A DNA stretch of 64,000 nucleotides from a virus (taxonomy: Duplodnaviria; Caudoviricetes): positions 4,508 through 68,507 of the IMG/VR virus record IMGVR_UViG_2695421014_000001; one strand, written 5' to 3'. The notes under the pieces are model-generated. The model did no database searches. It had not been told where the DNA came from and saw nothing but the letters and a program-made list of their open reading frames with translations. Positions within the stretch are counted from its first letter, which is position 1. Every line of letters starts with the position of its first letter. The position numbers were made by a program, and so were the translations under genes. Of this stretch, positions 28,382-36,709 are shown in pieces.

Positions 28382-28947
28382 GCGCCCCGCTGCGCCGGCC
28401 TCAGCGCAAGCTCACGGACGCCGAGCGCAAGGTCATCGCTGGCGTCCAGTCGCTGTGCATGCACCGCATGCTTCACCTCGGCCTGGTCGACCCGGTACCC
28501 AACCCCTCACCGATGAGCGAGGAACAGGGCGCGTGGGTGCGCGAGCACGTGTGGACCGAGGCCTTCCACCACATCGACCGCGGCTACGCCTGGGGCTTCT
28601 GGCGCTGGTCGATGTGCGAGCGGGGCACGTGCTGGAACTGCCTTGCCGGGCGCTGCGAGTGGTGCATGCACCGGCAGAAGGGCCGCCCCGACGTCTGCGA
28701 CAACATCGACTGGGTTCACGACCACCGGGGCGACACCGTTGCCCGGCTCATCCTCCGCCCGGGCGGCGAACCCTGCGTGTGGTGGTGCCGCTGCCCTTGC
28801 TCCAAGACCGGACCGGCACCCGCCCGCCCCGAACGCCGCCGCGCCGAGCCGGAGCCCCCAGCCGCCGCCGAGCAACCAGCACCGCGCCGCACGCCGCCCC
28901 CGTCTACCGCCCCGGCCCTCTTCGACCTGGAGCTGATATCCGAGTGA
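28378..28947 (+). CDS. Cys/Trp-rich hypothetical protein
   Basis: MSEEQGAWVREHVW...CWNCLAGRCEWC...WWCRCPC. Confidence 0.6.
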   Translation: MSAPLRRPQRKLTDAERKVIAGVQSLCMHRMLHLGLVDPVPNPSPMSEEQGAWVREHVWTEAFHHIDRGYAWGFWRWSMCERGTCWNCLAGRCEWCMHRQKGRPDVCDNIDWVHDHRGDTVARLILRPGGEPCVWWCRCPCSKTGPAPARPERRRAEPEPPAAAEQPAPRRTPPPSTAPALFDLELISE

Positions 28948-29165
28948 CCGCACCCCTTCAGGTCCGGCCCGCGACCTTCCCGCCCGTCGGCTTCAGCACG
29001 GCCCCGTCCGGCCGCGCCTGGAGCGCCTCGTGCCAGCCCTGCGGCAGCAGCGGTGTGCCGATGCTCATCGCGCGCTCATCGATCCTCGACCGCCCGGGGT
29101 GGCAGGCCTGCATGACGGCCGCCCACGCCCACATCGCCCAGCACAAGCAAGGAGGCCGACTGTGA
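28944..29165 (+). CDS. small hypothetical protein
   Basis: GTGA overlap; CxxC...HxH. Confidence 0.5.
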   Translation: MTAPLQVRPATFPPVGFSTAPSGRAWSASCQPCGSSGVPMLIARSSILDRPGWQACMTAAHAHIAQHKQGGRL

Positions 29166-30283
29166 CTGACCAGACCGCCGTCGACCGCGTCCCGATCGCT
29201 CGCTCCGTCCGCTACGCCGTCCGCGGGCTGCCGGAACTCCCGTACCAGTACGGGCCCGGCACCCTTGTGCCGTCCGAGATCACCCTGACCTACAGGGCCG
29301 CCCCTGATAGCCAGCTTGGCCGTGTGCACGCCTATGTGGCCGGTCGGATCCACGTGGACGGGCACGCGATCCCGCACATCGAGCCGTACGGGCAGCACTG
29401 CGATGAGGGGCTGGGCAGCTGGCCGGAGTGGCTGGCGGAGGAGGCGCGTCTGCACGACCCGGACGCCGCGACTGTGCGGGTGCCCGCCACCGACCAGACG
29501 GCGCTATCTGCTCAGTTCGACGGCCAGAGCTGCCCCCACTGCCCCGACGGGCACCAGAGCCCGACCGGAGGTAGCCAGCCCTGGAGCGCCTGGGTGGCCG
29601 CCGAACGCGACGGTGACGGGCAGCCCGTGCAGATCACCGTGGCTCGCTCGGCAGGCGCGCACGTTGCCGAGTCCGACGCGCAGTGGGTGCGGGAGCGCTT
29701 GAATTCACCTGCCGAAGCATCAGCGCTCACCGCCAAGCTGAAGCGGGTGCGAGATCTGCACCGTGAGACGTGCATTCTGGCGCGCGGCGAGGTAGGGCGG
29801 ACCGCGTTCCGATGCAGCATGTGCGAGGCGCTGGACGCGCCCGCCAACCTGGTGCTGCCCGAGCCCGCAGACCGGACGGCCGAATGGCGCGCGGCTGCCG
29901 AGTTCGTGGAGGCGATGAACGAGGGCTGTGGCAAGACAGCCTGCGATGCGTGCACCACCCGCGAGGACGTCGCCGACGCGCTACGCGACACCGGCCGCCG
30001 CCTGGCTGCCGAGTCTGCTGCCGTCGTGCCGGGTCGGGCGGACGACGAGACGCGGGGCGAAACGGACTCCGAAGACGAAGCGCTGCGCGCGAAGGTGGAC
30101 GAGGCCACCGCCACGCTGCGCCGCGTCCGCGCCCTGACCAAGGACTGGAGCAGCCGAGTCCTGCCTCACTCTCAGGCGCACCGGCTGTTGACCGAGGTGC
30201 GTGACGCCCTTGCCGGACCCCGGCCCGACGCCGACGCGCCTGCCGGTGGCGGGGCGCAGCAGGAGGAGGCCGACCGTGGCTGA
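29162..30283 (+). CDS. mosaic hypothetical protein
   Basis: GGAGG RBS; several unrelated short modules. Confidence 0.6.
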   Translation: MTDQTAVDRVPIARSVRYAVRGLPELPYQYGPGTLVPSEITLTYRAAPDSQLGRVHAYVAGRIHVDGHAIPHIEPYGQHCDEGLGSWPEWLAEEARLHDPDAATVRVPATDQTALSAQFDGQSCPHCPDGHQSPTGGSQPWSAWVAAERDGDGQPVQITVARSAGAHVAESDAQWVRERLNSPAEASALTAKLKRVRDLHRETCILARGEVGRTAFRCSMCEALDAPANLVLPEPADRTAEWRAAAEFVEAMNEGCGKTACDACTTREDVADALRDTGRRLAAESAAVVPGRADDETRGETDSEDEALRAKVDEATATLRRVRALTKDWSSRVLPHSQAHRLLTEVRDALAGPRPDADAPAGGGAQQEEADRG

Positions 30284-30989
30284 CGCGCCCTCCGTCCTGC
30301 ACGTTCTGCTCTCCGGGATCGTCGGCTCGACCGCGTACGGGCTCGACCGGCCCGGTTCCGACGTGGACCGGCTCGGCATCTTCGCCACGCCCACCGAGCA
30401 GCTGCACGGCCTCCACCAGCCCACCGAGTCGTACGTCACCACCAGCCCGGACCGGACCCTGCACGAGGCCGCGAAGTGGTGCCGACTCGCCCTCGGCGGC
30501 AACCCCACCGTCATGGAGCTCGTCTGGCTGCCTGGCGAGCTCTACGAGGTCCGCGCACCCCTGGGCAACGAGCTGATCGGCCTACGGAGCGCCTTCCTGT
30601 CGGCGAAGCGAGTTCGGGACGCCTACCTCGGCTACGCCACCCAGCAGTTCCGGCGACTGGAGACCCGCGGCGACGGCTCGTTCTCCGCCGACACCCGCAA
30701 ACGCACCGCCAAGCACGCCCGGCACCTGAAACGGCTCTGCCACCAGGGCCTGGAGCTGTACACCACCGGCCGGCTCACCATCCGCGTCGAAGACCCGCAG
30801 GAATACCACGACTTCGGCGAACGGGTCGCCGCCGACTCCGCAGCCGCGCACCCGCTGCTGGCCGAGTATGAGGCCGCCTTCGACGAAAACCGCTCGGTGC
30901 TCCCCGACCGGCCCGACGAGGCCGCCGTCGAAGCATGGCTGCGCCGTGTTCGCGCCCACTTCTACGAGCCGCCGGTGGTCAAGCCGTGA
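30276..30989 (+). CDS. Pol-beta superfamily nucleotidyltransferase, RlaP/YcgL-like
   Basis: GIVGSTAYGL...SDVDRLGIF (GS...DxD), GNPTVMELVW, YLGYATQQF, KHARHLKRL. Confidence 0.88.
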   Translation: MADAPSVLHVLLSGIVGSTAYGLDRPGSDVDRLGIFATPTEQLHGLHQPTESYVTTSPDRTLHEAAKWCRLALGGNPTVMELVWLPGELYEVRAPLGNELIGLRSAFLSAKRVRDAYLGYATQQFRRLETRGDGSFSADTRKRTAKHARHLKRLCHQGLELYTTGRLTIRVEDPQEYHDFGERVAADSAAAHPLLAEYEAAFDENRSVLPDRPDEAAVEAWLRRVRAHFYEPPVVKP

Positions 30990-31300
30990 GGACACCGCAG
31001 CTCGCCAGCCGCGCGTCGGACGGTGAACTGTGCTGCCACTCCCGCACGTTCGCCACCGACCCACCCTGCCCGAGCCCGGCGACCTGGCACATCGCGTGGC
31101 TTCTGGCCCCGCGCGGCAAGTTCTCCCTCGTCTGCGAGGAGCACATGGAGGGGCTCGCGAAGGTCTACGACTACGTCGCCCGCCACCCCGCCACCATCAC
31201 GTGCGCCATGCCCAGCGTGGGGTGGCTGAACATGCCAGGGGAGCCGAGCCGCTGCGTCATCGTCCCGATACTCGAACCTCCTGAGAGAAGACTGCAATGA
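30986..31300 (+). CDS. hypothetical protein
   Basis: GTGA overlap; Cys-rich. Confidence 0.5.
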   Translation: MRTPQLASRASDGELCCHSRTFATDPPCPSPATWHIAWLLAPRGKFSLVCEEHMEGLAKVYDYVARHPATITCAMPSVGWLNMPGEPSRCVIVPILEPPERRLQ

Positions 31301-31632
31301 CCGAACGCCCTGACCTCGTAGAGGCAGCGCTGCACACCTACCTCAGCCGCCAGCTGCTGGCGCGAGAGCTCTTCGCCCAAGATCCGATGTACCACGCGCA
31401 ACTCGAATGGCTGCACCAGATGCTCACGGCGATGGACGAAGCGATGGAAGCCGAGCACGTCCCGACGAACGTCCGAGAGCGCATCGTTCACCGGACCCTG
31501 TACGGCTGCGCGCCCGAAGACGAAGAGGCCATCGCCCGGCTGGCGAGCCGCCAGCAGCTGCACCTCGAGATGGCCCACCTGGCGTCGCAGTGGCCGCCGG
31601 CGCTCCCCGTCCTGGACCCGAAGGAAGCCTAG
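31297..31632 (+). CDS. hypothetical protein
   Basis: ATGA overlap. Confidence 0.6.
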   Translation: MTERPDLVEAALHTYLSRQLLARELFAQDPMYHAQLEWLHQMLTAMDEAMEAEHVPTNVRERIVHRTLYGCAPEDEEAIARLASRQQLHLEMAHLASQWPPALPVLDPKEA

Positions 31633-31634
31633 CC

Positions 31635-32414
31635 ATGACCGACCGCACCGCCTTGGGCGACCGGATGAAGCGGCACGAGGCCGCCTACCGGGCCGTCCTG
31701 CCGCGCCGCACCTACACCGTGCTCCGGGTCGACGGCCGCGCCTTCCACACCTACCTGCGCGGCGCCGAGAAGCCCTTCGACGAGACCTTCATGGCCGACA
31801 TGGACGCCGTCGCCGAAGCCCTCTGCGCGGAGATCACCGGCAGCGACTTCGCGTACACCCAGTCCGACGAGATCAGCGTCCTCGCCACCGACTTCGCCAG
31901 CGAAGGCACCGAGCCCTGGTTCGGGGGCGTCGTCGCAAAGCAGCTCAGCGCTGCCGCCTCGCTCGCTACCGCGGTCCTCAACGAGCGCCGGCCCAGCCGC
32001 CGCGCCCTGTTCGACGCCCGCGTGTTCACCCTGTCCGACCCGGTCGAGGTCGCTAACTACTTCCTGTGGCGGCAGCGGGACGCGGTCCGCAACTCGATCA
32101 GCATGGCCGCGCAGGCGCACTTCTCCCACCGGCGGCTGGAGGGGGTGTCCACCGGCGGCATGCAGGAGCTGCTCTGGTCCGAGGTCCGCGTGAACTGGAA
32201 CGACTACTCCGACGGCTGCAAGCGCGGCCGCGTCACCGTACGGCACACCGGGGAACGGCCTGTCGAGTACTTCGACAAGCGCACCCAGCAGCCCGTCTCC
32301 AGTACCGCGGTCCGGTCCTGGTGGGAAACCTCGGCACCGGCGACGTTCACCACGAAGCCGGACGGGTGGCTGGCCCAGATGATCCCCGCACTGCCGAGCC
32401 TCTCGGGAGTATGA
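31635..32414 (+). CDS. tRNA(His) guanylyltransferase Thg1-like protein (3'-5' polymerase)
   Basis: LGDRMKRHE, RVDGRAFHTY, KPFD, YTQSDEIS, FDARVF, WRQRDAVRNSI. Confidence 0.92.
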   Translation: MTDRTALGDRMKRHEAAYRAVLPRRTYTVLRVDGRAFHTYLRGAEKPFDETFMADMDAVAEALCAEITGSDFAYTQSDEISVLATDFASEGTEPWFGGVVAKQLSAAASLATAVLNERRPSRRALFDARVFTLSDPVEVANYFLWRQRDAVRNSISMAAQAHFSHRRLEGVSTGGMQELLWSEVRVNWNDYSDGCKRGRVTVRHTGERPVEYFDKRTQQPVSSTAVRSWWETSAPATFTTKPDGWLAQMIPALPSLSGV

Positions 32415-32418
32415 CCCC

Positions 32419-32838
32419 ATGGACGACTTGGTGCAGTGGTTGCGCGCCCAGCTCGACGAGGACGACCGGATCGCGCGGGCGGCGGCCGAGGAACTGGAAG
32501 GGTTGGAGCTCGGCGGCGAGTGGTGGTACGACGGCCAGTATGTCGAGACGGTCCGCGAGCACACGATGGTCGCGGTGGGGTCGCAGGATTTCATGGACCC
32601 GGCGACCGGGAGACACATCGCGGAGTGGGATCCGGCTCGGGTGCTGCGCGAGATCGACGCCAAGCGGCAGCTCGTGTGCGCCTACGAGGAGGCCGTCTCC
32701 GCGTTCAACGACTCAGGCCCAGCCCTGACGTCCTACGACCGGCTGACCGGCTCCGTGAGTTCCCTGCGCCGCGCGATCGAGCTGCTCGCCCTGCCCTACG
32801 CGGACCGGCCCGGGTACCGGGAGGAGTGGCGCCCGTGA
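32419..32838 (+). CDS. DUF6221-like protein
   Basis: DDLVQWLRAQLDED...HIAEWDPARVLREIDAKR...LALPYADRPGYREEW. Confidence 0.75.
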   Translation: MDDLVQWLRAQLDEDDRIARAAAEELEGLELGGEWWYDGQYVETVREHTMVAVGSQDFMDPATGRHIAEWDPARVLREIDAKRQLVCAYEEAVSAFNDSGPALTSYDRLTGSVSSLRRAIELLALPYADRPGYREEWRP

Positions 32839-33029
32839 TCCGGCGAGAGACGTACTGCAATGGCCGCCTCGTGAAGGAGATCGACCAGATCAACGTCGGC
32901 GGCACCGCCACCAACTTCCGGGACCACTACATCGACGGGCGGCACTGGTGGCTGCTCGACGGCCAAGACGTCACACCCGCGGAAGCCGAGGCGTTCCGCA
33001 GCACGTGGGAAGCCGAGCACTCCGGGTAG
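32835..33029 (+). CDS. small hypothetical protein
   Basis: GTGA overlap, GGAG RBS. Confidence 0.5.
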   Translation: MIRRETYCNGRLVKEIDQINVGGTATNFRDHYIDGRHWWLLDGQDVTPAEAEAFRSTWEAEHSG

Positions 33030-33038
33030 AAGACCACC

Positions 33039-33125
33039 ATGAGCATCTCCGAGATCGGTTTCGTCCTCATCGTCGGCATCTTCGTCATGGTGCTGCTCCA
33101 GGTCATCGGCATCCTGCCGCGCTGA
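33039..33125 (+). CDS. 28-aa hydrophobic peptide
   Basis: MSISEIGFVLIVGIFVMVLLQVIGILPR, strongly GC3-biased codons. Confidence 0.5.
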   Translation: MSISEIGFVLIVGIFVMVLLQVIGILPR

Positions 33126-33156
33126 GCGGCACGGTCGGCGTCGCGCGCTTCCCACC

Positions 33157-33192
33157 ACGGCCCGGGACGCCACCACGGCGTTCCCGGGCCGT
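33157..33192. terminator. hairpin between convergent genes
   Basis: ACGGCCCGGGA-CGCC...GGCG-T-TCCCGGGCCGT inverted repeat. Confidence 0.6.
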
Positions 33193-33206
33193 CGCGCGCC
33201 ACGCGG

Positions 33207-33554
33207 CTACTGCAAGAACTGGCGGCCTTCCGGCTGCGCCACGCCGACCGCATCGAACTTCGTGCCCGGCTTGTCGAACACCGTGAACAGCAGCATCGAC
33301 ACCGCGGCCGCCATCGCCAGAATCGCGACCGTCCCGAGGATCGGATCCCCTGGCCCCTCGCTCGACGCGATGGCCCACGGCCACGTGATCGCCGAGAACA
33401 GCGCGAACACACCGAAGGTGATCCAATCCGCGCGCCGGCCCCGCCGGATCCCGACGTACAGGAACGGCACCCACACCAGGATCGAGAGCGACCCCACCAC
33501 GAGCACCGACCACGCGATCTTCTGGCCCCACCCAGCTTCCAGGCGTCTGCCCAT
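33207..33554 (-). CDS. small 3-TM membrane protein (moron)
   Basis: Three hydrophobic helices; opposite strand; start uncertain. Confidence 0.6.
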   Translation of the reverse strand: MGRRLEAGWGQKIAWSVLVVGSLSILVWVPFLYVGIRRGRRADWITFGVFALFSAITWPWAIASSEGPGDPILGTVAILAMAAAVSMLLFTVFDKPGTKFDAVGVAQPEGRQFLQ

Positions 33555-33702
33555 CACACCCCCCAAGTTGCCGTGCTCCCAAAGGAATCTGGGAGCAGAG
33601 GCCGCCAGGGTAGACCCGGCGCGCCACACTGGCACCGCCTCTGCAAGAGGAGCCACCCGAGCGGGGAACCGAGAGCCCACAGCCCGTTGACGCGGCCTGT
33701 GG

Positions 33703-33909
33703 CTATCGAGAGCTCAGGACGTCGCCGGCGTAGTGCAGCTGCACGCCCGGCTCGAAGCCCTCCTGCTCGATCAGCGCATCCGAGGTGTTCACCTTGTACC
33801 GGCAGTGCACTCCGACTGCGGTCGGATGCGGAAGCTGGATCTCGCCGACGCCGTCGGTCATCGTGCCTGTATCGCCCTGATTGGGGCCGCTCATCACGTA
33901 GAAGCGCAT
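33703..33909 (-). CDS. small hypothetical protein (moron)
   Basis: Globular-looking 68-aa ORF MRFYVMSGPNQG... Confidence 0.45.
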   Translation of the reverse strand: MRFYVMSGPNQGDTGTMTDGVGEIQLPHPTAVGVHCRYKVNTSDALIEQEGFEPGVQLHYAGDVLSSR

Positions 33910-34050
33910 GGCGCGCAGAATGCACCCCCGGTGGTGGGAATCGCAAACCGTAGCCGCGGAGCCTCCGGCCAACGCTGCTGTGATCCAGGGCCGTTGTCAG
34001 TGGTGCATGCCATGCTGGGCGTCAACCCCACAAGGAGGGAGGTGAGTCAC

Positions 34051-34206
34051 ATGTCGAAGAAGCAGCAGACTGCGGTCCTGATGGTCGCCGCCGTAGCGGG
34101 GCAGGTCATCCTCGGCCGCTACGCCAAGCAGCAGGCCGCCGCGATCGGCGTACCGGTCCTGGCTGTCAGCCTGATCGGTGCCGCCATCGGCGTGGTGCTC
34201 GCGTAG
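34051..34206 (+). CDS. 51-aa two-helix membrane peptide
   Basis: Strong AGGAGGGAGG RBS; MSKKQQTAVLMVAAVAG...VPVLAVSLIGAAIGVVLA. Confidence 0.55.
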   Translation: MSKKQQTAVLMVAAVAGQVILGRYAKQQAAAIGVPVLAVSLIGAAIGVVLA

Positions 34207-34342
34207 CAGGCGGTCGGCGTCGTGTCCCCGGCGGGACGAATGGCCACGACGCCGACCGCTCCGGAGCCCGTCGATATCCGGGTGCACCGAGCCCAGGGTT
34301 CCCGACACAATCACAACTACCACATTTCGTTCTGGAGTTGTC

Positions 34343-35350
34343 ATGGCACCACCGCTCGACCAGCACACCGTGCAGCGGCTCGCGTACGTCCGCTTCCTCT
34401 TCCGTGAGGGGGTCGAGCAGAGCAAACAGCCCCCGCCGCTGTGCTCCAGGGCCATCACCTCGTTCCATGACGCTGTCGAGAACTACCTCGGAACAATCGT
34501 CCAGCACCTGAACATCGATGTGAACAAGGCTCCCGAGTTCATCGGCTACTGGGCCCTGATCAAGACCGAGTTCGAGCTGCCGAAGAAGGACTTGATGAGG
34601 CGTCTCAACGACGCTCGCGTGGCGCTCAAGCACAACGGCACGTTCCCGTCCGAGCACCAGATCGAGCAGGCCCACCGGACGGTAGAGGACTTCTTCATAA
34701 CAGTCACGCCGAAGGTCTTCGGGGTCGACCTCGACTCCATCGACATGGTCGACCTACTGACCCAACCCGCGGTGAAGCAGTACCTCCGAGAGGCACAGAC
34801 CCATGCCGACGTCGGTGACTACGCCCACGCTATGGCGGGACTCTCCCTGGCCTTTGACGCCTTGATCAACCACTACCGCCGAGACGACGGGTGGTCGACC
34901 CGGTGGTCCGCCTTCAACTTCGGAGAGCGGCTGGGCCCCCTCGATGAGCCTCGCGTGCGCATGCACGACAAAAACAGCCGCCTCCAGAAGCTCAGCGACT
35001 TCACCGAACTTGCCCAAGAGACCTTGACCGTGATCAGCCTCGGCATCGACTACGCGAACAAGGCCCGCTTTCGCATCCTTACCCCGGACGTGAACGCCTA
35101 CGGCAACGGCAGCACGCGCTACACCGTCACGAAGTCCCTGGCGGAGACGACGCCCGACGACTACGACTGGGCGCGGCATTTCGTCATCGAGTCGGGAATG
35201 CGAGCTTCGAGAGCGGACGATCTCCAGACGCTGAAGCGGAACCGCTCGGAAGTGGACAGGAGCGCCACGAGGCCCCTGCGTCAGCGTGAATGGACCGGGC
35301 CGGCCGACGCGCAGAAGACAGAGACTGTGTCCGCTGGAGAGGCCGTATGA
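34343..35350 (+). CDS. HEPN-like domain protein, putative RNase/defence moron
   Basis: Helical protein with AITSFHDAVE and LNDA-RVALKH-NG (R-x4-H); visibly less GC-rich than neighbours; GGAG RBS. Confidence 0.65.
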   Translation: MAPPLDQHTVQRLAYVRFLFREGVEQSKQPPPLCSRAITSFHDAVENYLGTIVQHLNIDVNKAPEFIGYWALIKTEFELPKKDLMRRLNDARVALKHNGTFPSEHQIEQAHRTVEDFFITVTPKVFGVDLDSIDMVDLLTQPAVKQYLREAQTHADVGDYAHAMAGLSLAFDALINHYRRDDGWSTRWSAFNFGERLGPLDEPRVRMHDKNSRLQKLSDFTELAQETLTVISLGIDYANKARFRILTPDVNAYGNGSTRYTVTKSLAETTPDDYDWARHFVIESGMRASRADDLQTLKRNRSEVDRSATRPLRQREWTGPADAQKTETVSAGEAV

Positions 35351-35360
35351 CACTGGAGCT

Positions 35361-35579
35361 GTGAGCACAGCCCGCGGCCGGGACGGCCGACCCCTCGTCA
35401 CCACCGACATGGCCGCCTACAGCCTCGGCATGCAGCCCCGCCAGTTCCGTGACTGGGCGCGCCGCCGCGCCCTGACACCGGCCGGCTCCCGACCCAACCC
35501 CGTGCGCGGCCAGGCCCTCGCCCTCTGGGACCTCGCTGACATCGCCGAGGCCGTACACCCCAAGACCCCTGCCGCCTGA
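35361..35579 (+). CDS. small MerR/Xis-like HTH protein
   Basis: LVTTDMAAYSLGMQPRQFRDWARRRAL...LWDLADI; GGAG RBS. Confidence 0.7.
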   Translation: MSTARGRDGRPLVTTDMAAYSLGMQPRQFRDWARRRALTPAGSRPNPVRGQALALWDLADIAEAVHPKTPAA

Positions 35580-35636
35580 TCTGTCAAGGCCTGTGACCTG
35601 CAACAGCTTGACAGAAGATCAGCGCGCGTTCATTCT
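35580..35636 (+). promoter_or_regulatory. putative late promoter with overlapping inverted repeat
   Basis: TTGACA(35608)-17bp-CATTCT; TCTGTCAAG(35580)/CTTGACAGA(35607) inverted repeat. Confidence 0.65.
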
Positions 35637-35739
35637 GTGAGACGGTGGCACCGCTGTCGCACTGGTCTCCACCCCCACTGCCACCCCACACAGCACCCTG
35701 AGCCCGGCCCTGGCGCCGGGCTCCGGCATGTCCGGGGTG

Positions 35740-36069
35740 ATGACCGTGCAGCTCACCGAGCAGGAGATCGCCCGCCGCACCAAGCAGGCCCGCAGCGGCC
35801 GGCCCTGGCTGCGCCTCCAGGGCAAGGTCTTCGCCGAAGAGACCCACTGCTGGATCTGCCACCGCTACGTCGACCAGTCCCTGCCCGGCCGCACCCACCC
35901 CATGGCACGCACCGTCGACCACGTCCACCCGCTCTGGCTCGGCGGAGACCCGCTCGACCGGGCCAACTGCCGCCTCGCCCACCGACGGTGCAACACCATC
36001 CGGAACAACCAGCTGCGCGCCGCGCAGCGCCCCCGCCCCACCCACACCGTGCCCGCCGCAGCCCTCTGA
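35740..36069 (+). CDS. HNH endonuclease (terminase-associated)
   Basis: CWIC...TVDHVHPL..GG...NCRLAHRRCN; upstream of terS; start may be 35728. Confidence 0.88.
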   Translation: MTVQLTEQEIARRTKQARSGRPWLRLQGKVFAEETHCWICHRYVDQSLPGRTHPMARTVDHVHPLWLGGDPLDRANCRLAHRRCNTIRNNQLRAAQRPRPTHTVPAAAL

Positions 36070-36243
36070 CCCCACCCCAGGGACCGCCCCGTCCTGCCCC
36101 GCCGCTCCCGGCTCACCGTCCTGACCTGCACGGATGCCGACCGGCAGACCATCCTGTGCGGGGCCGCGCAGCGCCCGGCAGGGCCGATCAAGCCCCTGAC
36201 CTGCGGGAATGGCGAAGTTGATCAATGCGGCCTCAAGATCATC

Positions 36244-36291
36244 ATTTTTTTGATCATGAGGCGGCTGACCCCGCGCCCAACTCAAAAAAAT
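36244..36291. other. putative cos/packaging site
   Basis: Perfect 10-bp inverted repeat ATTTTTTTGA/TCAAAAAAAT around a 28-bp GC-rich core, between HNH and terS. Confidence 0.55.
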
Positions 36292-36325
36292 ATCCCCCCG
36301 CGAAATCGGCAGGGGTTTCCCTCGG

Positions 36326-36709
36326 GTGGTGATCGGCGTGGAGGCACCCCCCGGACTGGGGGAGCGAGGCCGGCGGCTGTGGGGCGAATGCCTGGCGATC
36401 TGGTCTCTGACTCCGGCGCACTTGGCGCTTCTGGAGGAGGCTTGTCGGATCGCTGACCGGCTTGACCTTCTGAACACCATGTTGCGCCCTCCCTCGGGAG
36501 ATGTCAACACCGATAGCCCACAATTCGCTGATATTTCGGGGTTGTTGGCGGAGTCCAGGCTGCAATCCGGTGCTCTGAAGGTGTTGTTGTCGGAGATTCG
36601 CCAAGGTCAGACGGGCTCTGGCCCGGCTGTGGAGGATCCGGCAGGGGGTGCTGGTGTCTCCGACCTCACGAAGCGGATCGCTGAGCGCCGCCGCAAGACC
36701 TCGGGTTGA
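36326..36709 (+). CDS. terS: terminase small subunit
   Basis: PPGLGERGRRLW...LLEEACRIADRLD; directly before terL. Confidence 0.8.
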   Translation: MVIGVEAPPGLGERGRRLWGECLAIWSLTPAHLALLEEACRIADRLDLLNTMLRPPSGDVNTDSPQFADISGLLAESRLQSGALKVLLSEIRQGQTGSGPAVEDPAGGAGVSDLTKRIAERRRKTSG

